From: Octopus bimaculoides
Taxonomy: Eukaryota
DNA length: 32,743 nt
NCBI RefSeq assembly: GCF_001194135.2
Contig: NC_068999.1
Span: forward strand, 22,798,621 to 22,831,363
Reading direction: 5' to 3'
Positions 23,775 to 32,743 of this stretch are shown piece after piece. The first letter of the stretch is position 1. The number at the start of each line of letters is the position of its first letter. Under the pieces are notes generated by a model. It saw only the letters and a list, made by a program, of their open reading frames with translations, did no database searches and was not told where the DNA came from. The translations under genes and the position numbers were made by a program.

Positions 23775-23775
<1 letters not shown>
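22973..23775 (-). mobile_element. IS630-Tc1-mariner superfamily transposon, 5' two-thirds, 3'-truncated
   Basis: ATG near 23681; MKRHAVIV..VYKV..HVSEGTVRYVVHKDIRYKS..RLLNKLKNPE..FFSNEKNFDQDQKANRRNDRWLC..GIVSNEGHV..LRVNSAAYIEVL..RPYVFQ*DSA; left end CAGGGTACG.. Confidence 0.85.
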
Positions 23776-23813
<38 letters not shown>

Positions 23814-24299
23814 NNNNNNNNNNNNNNNNNNNNNNNNNNNNNNNNNNNNNNNNNNNNNNNNNNNNNNNNNNNNNNNNNNNNNNNNNNNNNNNNNNNNNNN
23901 NNNNNNNNNNNNNNNNNNNNNNNNNNNNNNNNNNNNNNNNNNNNNNNNNNNNNNNNNNNNNNNNNNNNNNNNNNNNNNNNNNNNNNNNNNNNNNNNNNNN
24001 NNNNNNNNNNNNNNNNNNNNNNNNNNNNNNNNNNNNNNNNNNNNNNNNNNNNNNNNNNNNNNNNNNNNNNNNNNNNNNNNNNNNNNNNNNNNNNNNNNNN
24101 NNNNNNNNNNNNNNNNNNNNNNNNNNNNNNNNNNNNNNNNNNNNNNNNNNNNNNNNNNNNNNNNNNNNNNTTTGCTTCAACTTATTTCACTTTGCTCATG
24201 CTACTATTGCTACTTTGAAAAGTATAAACACCTCAACATCACTATTTCCACTGATCTAGGCTGAGTCAAAATGGCACGAATCAAAAAGAGCATTGTATT

Positions 24300-24790
24300 G
24301 AGTAATGTTATATTTTAATTGAAAAGTAAATACATGACTCTACCGCAACGTATCATCAGACGAAAGCATGTTAGTAGAAAGCTCCGAGATGATAGTAACA
24401 TTGATCATCAAAGCAGTCTATTACGGATCAATAGCTGGATTACTACCTCCCACTTTGAAGGGTATGCGTTTGCAATCCAGGGACAGGAAATATCAACCAA
24501 ATACCTGATGCACAAAAGGGACAGGGATGCATGAGAGGCAGTAAAATGTGACAACCGAGGCAGACTTTGGGGAGTTAATACCAAAGATATAACCCACATC
24601 ATAAGCAGTTGTCCGAAAATGATGTCATCACAGTATTATCTACCGATGAGGCATGGTGTTGTAGCTAGGAAACTCTATACTAAAATCCGTCAGAAGGATA
24701 ACCTCAAGGACAAAGAAAGAAGAACCCACAATATGGCAGAAGCCATAGTAACTCATAATAAAAAAGAATACTGGTGGAATGTCTCAGTGA
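24300..24790 (+). mobile_element. RLE-type (R4/Dong-like) non-LTR retrotransposon, zinc-knuckle region
   Basis: TSHFEGYAFAIQGQEISTKYL..CDNRGRLWG..DITHIISSCPKM..YYLPMRH.VVAR..EYWWN, a degenerate CCHC/RHD region preceding the RLE domain. Confidence 0.75.
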
Positions 24791-24964
24791 GTGCTACAGG
24801 TACCATGTAGTCCAGTACAACCTGTTCCATGGTCGGGTCGTCGTCGACTAAACTGGCAACCCCACCAGCCCTGTTTGGTGAGGTGTGTGCTTGTTGAACA
24901 TCTTGCGGGACAAACAATAAGAGCCGTCAAAGGGCGGAGGAACTACAACGGCCATTCAGCTACG

Positions 24965-24996
24965 TGTGTTTGTGGAGTGTTTGTGTGTATGTATTG

Positions 24997-25057
<61 letters not shown>

Positions 25058-25140
25058 GTATATATATATATATATATATATGTGTATGTATGTATGTTTG
25101 TTTGTATGTATGTATGTATGTATATATTTGTGTGTCTGTG
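24965..25140. repeat. (TA)n/(CA)n/(TATG)n tract
   Basis: Directly visible. Confidence 0.9.
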
Positions 25141-25239
25141 TTTATCGCCTCACCATCGCTTCACAGCCGATGTTCGTGTATTTACACCCTCGAACTTAGC
25201 GGTTCGGTTTAAAAGACCGATTAAATAAGTACTGGGCTT
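25130..25239 (+). mobile_element. SINE family A body, plus orientation, cut by a gap
   Basis: TGTGTCTGTGTTT..CCATCGCTT.ACA.CCGATG..AACTTAGCGGTTCGG..AGACCGAT.AAATAAGTACT.GGCTT. Confidence 0.8.
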
Positions 25240-25387
25240 NNNNNNNNNNNNNNNNNNNNNNNNNNNNNNNNNNNNNNNNNNNNNNNNNNNNNNNNNNNNN
25301 NNNNNNNNNNNNNNNNNNNNNNNNNNNNNNNNNNNNNNNNNNNNNNNNNNNNNNNNNNNNNNNNNNATATATATATATGTACATATA

Positions 25388-25546
25388 TTCTTTTACTTGT
25401 TTCAGTCATGTGATTGCGGCCATGCTGGAGCACCGCGTTTTAGTCGAATAGATCGACCCCAGGACTTATTTTTTAAGCCTGGTACCTATTCTATCTGTCT
25501 TTTTTGTCAAACCGCTAAGTTACGGGTATAAACACAGACAAACAGA

Positions 25547-25580
<34 letters not shown>

Positions 25581-25732
25581 TATACGACGGGCTTCTTTCA
25601 TTTTCCGTCTACCAAATCCGCTCACAAGGCTTTGGTCTGCCCGAGGCTATAGTAGAAGACACTTGCCCAAAGTGCTACGCACTGGGACTGAACCCTGAAC
25701 CATGTGGTTGGGAAGCAAGGTGTTTACCATTC
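25388..25732 (-). mobile_element. SINE family A, near full length
   Basis: Colinear with the 1701-2115 copy including the internal (CA)n. Confidence 0.88.
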
Positions 25733-25849
25733 ATGCGTGTGTTAGTGTGTGAGTACGTGTGGGAAATGTATGTATATATGCACACACATACACACGCACA
25801 TATATGTATATATACATACACACACACATACATATAACGAACTCCAACA

Positions 25850-26128
25850 CAGTTTTCAGCTACCAGATTCACTCATAAGGCAATGGTTGAAATGTAGTTA
25901 TAGTAGAAGACACTTGTCCAAAGCATGCCCGTCGCTAAGAGAGTGCTCTGGACTTCACTTTCCCTTCACTATTCAAAGTGCATCATCGGATTTAGAAAAT
26001 ACAGTTTACGAAAATCCTCCCATAATACAAATTAATGTCCACCTAGAATATTTTGAAGCACTCCCAGGCACCAAAGTCCGGCGACCTGTCTGGCCCAAAG
26101 TACCGCGCAGTTGGACTGAACTCTCGTC
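25850..26128 (-). mobile_element. SINE family A head interrupted by ~165 bp of other sequence
   Basis: CTACCAGATTCACTCATAAGGC..TATAGTAGAAGACACTTGTCCAAAG, resuming at GGCCCAAAGTACCGCGCAGTTGGACTGAAC. Confidence 0.55.
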
Positions 26129-26703
26129 ACTTTTAGTTTCCTGGGTAGAATATACTTCACCCAAATATCTCCTTTACATTCACCAATTGACTTTAAATAC
26201 CAAATTAAAACTAATCTGAATTGTCTTTGTTCTCCAAAAATTTAAATATATTGCTCTGCAGAGTCATGTCCCTTGCTTATTGTTTTCAGATTTTAAGCAC
26301 ATATCAAAAATAATTTTTGTCTACTGATTATTTGGTTAATTTTAAATGTTCAAAGATTTTCGGTTTATTGCATTACATATGCGAGATACTACTACTCTAC
26401 ATACCTTGAAATGTAGTGACGTCTTTCGTTTTTTTATTTGTGTGTGTGTATGCTTCTTAAAGAAGACACCCTCTAATTTTTTTTTAAAAAAAGAAAGAAA
26501 AAGAAGAGATAATTCATTCTTGCCTGCGATAAAAGTTCAACTGACATTTCTTTTGTAGATGTTTGTTACCGAGACAACGTTACTAGCTGGTATTCTTTAC
26601 TTTCTTAGGATCTGGGTCAGAGAAAATAATCTACTGTAACAGAAAATACTATTGTAGTACTTGTAAACCCTGATACTGCATGATCTCAATGTTTCTGTTT
26701 AGT

Positions 26704-26851
26704 TGTATGTGCGTGTGTGTGTGTGTGTATGTGTGTGTGCGTGCGCGCGGGCGCATGTGTGCGTGTGTGTGTATGTGCGTGCGTATGTTTTGACTGAGTG
26801 CGTGTGTGCGCGCACGCGTGTAAGTGCGTGTGCATACATTGTAAATATGTC

Positions 26852-26916
<65 letters not shown>

Positions 26917-27060
26917 GTGCATACAGAGCACACACATACACTTACAGATATATATATAGACATACAAACATACACATATATTTACACACACACATACACA
27001 CACACAAACACGCACCTACTCACGCATACACACGCATGCATACACATATTATATAATATG
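26704..27060. repeat. (GT)n/(TA)n/(CA)n low-complexity tract
   Basis: Directly visible. Confidence 0.93.
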
Positions 27061-27414
27061 TACTATGCTCTGGTTATCTTCAAAACATTCTCACCAATAA
27101 AGAAAGATGCAGTTTGCTACCTAGAAACAAGGCAACGTTATTGGAATTTAGGCGTTTAGGNNNNNNNNNNNNNNNNNNNNNNNNNNNNNNNNNNNNNNNN
27201 NNNNNNNNNNNNNNNNNNNNNNNNNNNNNNNNNNNNNNNNNNNNNNNNNNNNNNNNNNNNNNNNNNNNNNNNNNNNNNNNNNNNNNNNNNNNNNNNNNNN
27301 NNNNNNNNNNNNNNNNNNNNNNNNNNNNNNNNNNNNNNNNNNNNNNNNNNNNNNNNNNNNNNNNNNNNNNNNNNNNNNNNNNNNNNNNNNNNNNNNNNNN
27401 NNNNNNNNNNNNNN

Positions 27415-27456
<42 letters not shown>

Positions 27457-27474
27457 GAATTTACAAAAAAAAAG

Positions 27475-27934
27475 GATGATGACGGGTGTGTAAACAACAA
27501 ACAGATGTATTAGTTTAACGCTCAAGAGAAGTGAGAAAGTCTTTTACGTATCGAGCCTACGCTCTTCGACAGCAGGAACACAGAAATAAACAGGGAGAGA
27601 AAATAGAAAAAGGTTTAGTGGCTAGCGATCTATCATGGCGAATGCCAGATAGAGGTGTCAGACAGGAGAGCTAGGAAGAAAGGGAAATAATAAAGTGGTA
27701 GTGATCCCAAAACGAAGGTACGCGTGCTTGTGTATGTGAGAGCGTGTATGTGTGTGTGGGAGGGGCTGGCGACATTGACGTGTATGTGTGTGCATATGTA
27801 GGTGTGTGGATGATGGTGTAGGTACTGGGAAGTGGTCAGTGCTAGTGTGCTCGCTGGTGTGGGTGCTGGGAAGTGGTCAATGCTAGTGTGTGCGGGGTGG
27901 TGTGATGTGGTGTAGTGTAGCATGGTGGTGTGTG
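27475..27934 (-). mobile_element. Possible Penelope-like terminal repeat remnant with hammerhead-like motif
   Basis: Minus strand CTGTCGA-A-GAGC-GTAG-GCTC-GATA-CGTA at 27572-27545; GT-rich body with an internal ~40-bp tandem duplication. Family assignment is inference. Confidence 0.4.
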
Positions 27935-28742
27935 GAGAACAAGAACACATGCCAGTGCATATCTAATAGTATAGCTTGACTTGTATTTATGTGTACAGTT
28001 TCAGCTGACATTTATTCATTAAATGTTTGTTACTGACACGCAGTAACTGCTAGTATTCTTTACATACTTACAGGAACTGGGNNNNNNNNNNNNNNNNNNN
28101 NNNNNNNNNNNNNNNNNNNNNNNNNNNNNNNNNNNNNNNNNNNNNNNNNNNNNNNNNNNNNNNNNNNNNNNNNNNNNNNNNNNNNNNNNNNNNNNNNNNN
28201 NNNNNNNNNNNNNNNNNNNNNNNNNNNNNNNNNNNNNNNNNNNNNNNNNNNNNNNNNNNNNNNNNNNNNNNNNNNNNNNNNNNNNNNNNNNNNNNNNNNN
28301 NNNNNNNNNNNNNNNNNNNNNNNNNNNNNNNNNNNNNNNNNNNNNNNNNNNNNNNNNNNNNNNNNNNNNNNNNNNNNNNNNNNNNNNNNNNNNNNNNNNN
28401 NNNNNNNNNNNNNNNNNNNNNNNNNNNNNNNNNNNNNNNNNNNNNNNNNNNNNNNNNNNNNNNNNNNNNNNNNNNNNNNNNNNNNNNNNNNNNNNNNNNN
28501 NNNNNNNNNNNNNNNNNNNNNNNNNNNNNNNNNNNNNNNNNNNNNNNNNNNNNNNNNNNNNNNNNNNNNNNNNNNNNNNNNNNNNNNNNNNNNNNNNNNN
28601 NNNNNNNNNNNNNNNNNNNNNNNNNNNNNNNNNNNNNNNNNNNNNNNNNNNNNNNNNNNNNNNNNNNNNNNNNNNNNNNNNNNNNNNNNNNNNNNNNNNN
28701 NNNNNNNNNNNNNNNNNNNNNNNNNNNNNNNNNNNNNNNNNN

Positions 28743-28795
<53 letters not shown>

Positions 28796-29045
28796 TACAC
28801 ATTATATACATTTGCAAGTGTGCATATGTACAGTTATAAGCTCATGTATGTATGTATGTGTGTACCGGCGCGAATTTATATGCGAGCAGATACGATATGA
28901 GAACAAGAACACATGCCAGTGCATATCTAATAGTATAGCTTGACTTGTATTTATGTGTACAGTTTCAGCTGACATTTATTCATTAAATGTTTGTTACTGA
29001 CACGCAGTAACTGCTAGTATTCTTTACATACTTACAGGAACTGGG
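27935..29045 (+). repeat. Identical 147-bp direct repeat (27935-28081 and 28899-29045) on either side of a gap
   Basis: No mismatch seen; the first copy ends exactly at the N-run. Confidence 0.95.
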
Positions 29046-29364
29046 TGAGAGAATAGGAGAACATTTTCTCATGTAACAGAAATACTACTGCAGTCGTTAT
29101 AAGTAATGATATCGCTATTTTCAATGTTTTAATTGAGTTTTTTTTTTTAAATAAATATATATACATACCTACCCACATACTTACAGCTCTTTTATTCCGG
29201 TTATAGATTTTTATTTGTAGCTATGACTGTAGGCGCACTGGTATACGTAGCAACAGATATGCATAAACCGTCTAGAAATCCAAGGGTTCGTCAGAATAGT
29301 ATAAAGTAAAGTGATTCGTGTTCTCCAAATGCAACCGATTGTACAGGGATTTCTCATTTGAGAA

Positions 29365-29911
29365 TGAATACACACACACACATGCACACACATGCATACA
29401 CAAACACATGCACACACACACATACACACACACATAGACACACACATGCACACGCACATACACAAACACAAACACGCAAGCACACACAAACACAGAGAGA
29501 CACATATGTATTGAAGGAACATGTATACTCACTATAAAAGTACAAGTTTATCCCCACGACATATATATATATATATATATATATGAGTGTGTGTGTGTGT
29601 GTGTTTGTATGTGTACACACACACACACACACACACACACACTTATATTCACACACACACATACAGACACACACATTCTCTCACCAACCAATTTAGATAT
29701 CCGCAAATGGGACTTAACGTTGTTAGTGACCTGCTCCAATTCTGCAAAGGGGAAAAAGTCCCCAAGAACACATACATACATACATATATACATACATACA
29801 TACATATGTATGTATGCCTGCATGTACGCATACATGCTTACAAGCATACATACATACATACATACATACATACATACACACACACACATACATACATACA
29901 TACATACATAC

Positions 29912-29942
<31 letters not shown>

Positions 29943-29975
29943 CATACATACATACATACATGTATGCATGCATTT
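29365..29975. repeat. (CA)n/(TA)n/(CATA)n tracts surrounding a ~95-bp unique island
   Basis: Directly visible. Confidence 0.9.
29685..29741 (-). CDS. Candidate 57-nt internal exon of an unidentified gene
   Basis: Acceptor ..ACTTTTTCCCCTTTGCAG, donor G|GTGAGA, length 3n, phase-1 frame open (xLEQVTNNVKSHLRISKLV). No homology recognised. Confidence 0.3.
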
Positions 29976-30051
29976 GAATGTTTTCTTTTACAACTTTGCT
30001 AAGTTAACCAATCTTAATTTAATAATTACTTTTTTTCTTTTGCTATTGTTT

Positions 30052-30265
30052 ATTCTTTAACTTGTTTCAGTCATTTGACTGCAGCCATGCTGGAGCACCG
30101 CCTTTAGTCGAGCAAATCGACTTCTGGACTTATTCTTTGTAAGCCTAGTACTTATTATAGCGGTCTCTTTTGCCGGACCTTGAAGGTACAGGGACGTAAA
30201 CACACCAACGTCGGCTGTCAAGCGATGTTGGGGGACCAACACAGATACACAAACATAGGCGCACT

Positions 30266-30361
<96 letters not shown>

Positions 30362-30520
30362 ATGGGCATCTTTCAGTTTCCGTCTACCAAATCCACTCAC
30401 AATGCTTTGGTCGGCCCGAGGCTATAGAAGACACTTGCCCAAGGTGCTACGCAGTGGGACTGAACCTAGAACCATGTGGTTGGTAAGCAAGCTACTTACC
30501 ACACAGTCATTCCTGTACCT
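30052..30520 (-). mobile_element. SINE family A, full length
   Basis: Head, internal (CA)n(TA)n and tail all colinear with the other copies. Confidence 0.9.
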
Positions 30521-30982
30521 AAGATAAACACATTTTGCTCTCTGACTTAACATTATTCGTACCGGATTGTTAAAACCAATTTTTCCCACTAGGGGTTTCG
30601 TTTATGCATACATAGCTGATATTGATAACAACACCATAAATACCGAAACCAACAGCACTACCAGATCATTATGATAAGACGACGTAAGTATTCTTGCTTC
30701 ATTTAGATTTTGCATTTAAATCAAGATCTATTCCACGGGCATACATTAAAAAAAGCCCGTAAAGAGCTTTATATGAAGTAGTAAGAAAGTTTCTGAGACG
30801 AAATTCGAACCCATCCAAACATAACTCGTGTCAACTTCAGCAGCATACATCACTCTTTGACCGAAAATGGCAGTTAATGAATAAAAACCATTACTCCAAG
30901 TCCTGAGATGGTAGTTGGTTCTCTGAAGATATTCAAACCACTTCAAAACTGCCATAATAGGGACCAATATAAATGTAATCAA

Positions 30983-31197
30983 GTGTAGAGCTGGTAGAAT
31001 CGTTACCGCGTCGGGCAAAATGCTTAGCGGCGTTTCATCTGACTTTTGTATTCTGAGTTCAAATTCCGCTGAGGTCGACTTTGCCTTTCATCCTTCCAGG
31101 GTAGATAAACTAAGTACTAGTTGAGGTCTGGGATCGATGTAACCGACTTACCCACTCTCCTAAACTTGCTGGCATTGCACCAAAATTTAAATCAATC
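30983..31197 (+). mobile_element. SINE family B, full length with 13-bp TSD
   Basis: GAGCTGGTAGAATCGTTA..GAGTTCAAATTCCGCTGAGGTCGACTTTGCCTTTCATCC; TAAATGTAATCAA at 30970-30982 and 31198-31210. Confidence 0.88.
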
Positions 31198-31739
31198 TAA
31201 ATGTAATCAAACCGACGTCGCCATCAACACTTGCAAGCCACTGTCATATATCCCTGTATAAAACTGTAAAAGCGATTAATCAGAAATGATTGGAATATAT
31301 GCAGCTTAAATACGTTTTAAAACTATAGTCTAAAAGCAACTTTTGCAATGTTTTTCATTAAATAATAGTCCCTTTTCGTCGTCAAGAGTAAGTAATCAAG
31401 CCAGACACTGTCATGGTAATAGTTACTTATGACATCACAAGAGAATTTATAAGACGTGATAACATGTAATGCCTGGTGTCACTCCAAAGGTACGTCTGAA
31501 GTCGTGTGCTACGTACGAAGTAGTGAAATAACAGAAATAACCAAGATCTATAACGAAACTAGAAATAAACAATCTGTACCGCAGAATCGGACATTAAAAT
31601 ATTACCCTTAAAATTGAAAGTGGAAAGAAAGTCCATCACAAACCAACTGCATCTCATGGAAGAAAATGATAAAAATGTATGGAGATTCAACACCAAAATC
31701 ATCAGGGAAAATTAATAACTTTTAAAGTTAAAAAAGTAT

Positions 31740-32190
31740 TAAAACAAGCCACCTTTAACCATAAGTTTACTTCTAATTCAGAAATTGTATATAGAAGGAT
31801 GGCAAAAATATCTTAGTGAAAAGAGCCGCTTTTCAGGAAGATCTCAATTTATTTTAGTCTCGGAGATGGAATGAAAGGAAGGGTTTTAATCAGAATGCAT
31901 CACGGCTAAGTACAATCAAGGAATACTCTATCAGCATCTACAGTAAAACTTATATTACCGACGATCTAGAAACCTTCACAAAGATGCTGCATAATGGGAA
32001 GACACCAGCGAAGCATTTAACAGCTTATTCTGCGGAAGGTCATGTCAGATTGTCACGCCACCACACGGACAAATCTTGTAACCAAGACCGAAAATATTAA
32101 TTCAGCAAAAGATTATAGGACCATTGCTTCTCTCAACACTATGTACTAACTTTATGGAAACTGCCTCAATCAATTCCTCCAAAACCAGGC
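31740..32190 (+). mobile_element. RLE-type (R4/Dong-like) reverse transcriptase N-terminal fragment, decayed
   Basis: TRTNLVTKTENINSAKDYRTIASLNTMY*LYGNCLNQFLQN resembles GRT-LIPK..NYRPI-CLNTMYKL; the upstream boundary is uncertain. Confidence 0.65.
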
Positions 32191-32580
32191 ATCCTCCCGT
32201 GTTACGGCCGCCTCAAATTACTGTATTTCGCTCTTACGGAAATTGTAAAGTATGAACACTAATTTCAGGATACAGCTTGTCGTTTCGCCCACACGGAAAC
32301 TCAGTAAAATTTAAAATATTAAAAACTATATTTTCTTCATAACCAAACGGCCGCTCCTTGGTATTTTAGCTACGATCAAATATAATTAACATTTTTAAAA
32401 ACTATAATCATGATAATACATAAACACGTGTGTGTATGTTTGGATGTGTATACATGTGTGTGAGCGCACGCATCTGTACTTGTTTCTGCAAGTGTTTGTA
32501 TATATTCTATAAACTATATACTATAAACACAGTGTGTGAAGTTGAATTTTTTACAGTAAATATTTTCTTGTTACAGTGAA

Positions 32581-32657
<77 letters not shown>

Positions 32658-32660
32658 CTA
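32581..32660. repeat. (TATC)n microsatellite
   Basis: Directly visible. Confidence 0.95.
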
Positions 32661-32743
32661 TGGACGGATGGTAGACGTGTCGGCTCCGTAAGTTTTGCCT
32701 TTTTCATGTTTTAAAAAGTTTGTTTGTAAAGTTTATTTTATAT

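Overview
AT-rich, repeat-saturated animal genomic DNA from a gapped scaffold (7 N-runs, most abutting microsatellites). The SINE families and the extreme (CA)n/(TA)n/(TATG)n/(TCTA)n density point to a coleoid cephalopod, probably Octopus (inference). I find no intact protein-coding gene. Most of the supplied ORF track is artefact from microsatellites or N-runs. The recognisable coding sequence is decayed transposon: three mariner remnants, one Tc1/mariner-superfamily remnant, a CR1-type LINE 3' half, a HERO-clade RLE retrotransposon, two R4/Dong-like RLE fragments, a Penelope GIY-YIG region and a Helitron helicase fragment. Non-coding elements include two tRNA-derived SINE families, a non-autonomous Helitron, a MITE with an 8-bp TSD and a foldback element. 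Oddities worth following up: a 28S rRNA fragment fused to a Helitron helicase fragment, a double perfect hairpin at a LINE/mariner junction, a variant hammerhead-like motif, and one or two possible small exons of a minus-strand host gene. I cannot support a claim of a new biological system here; these are leads only.
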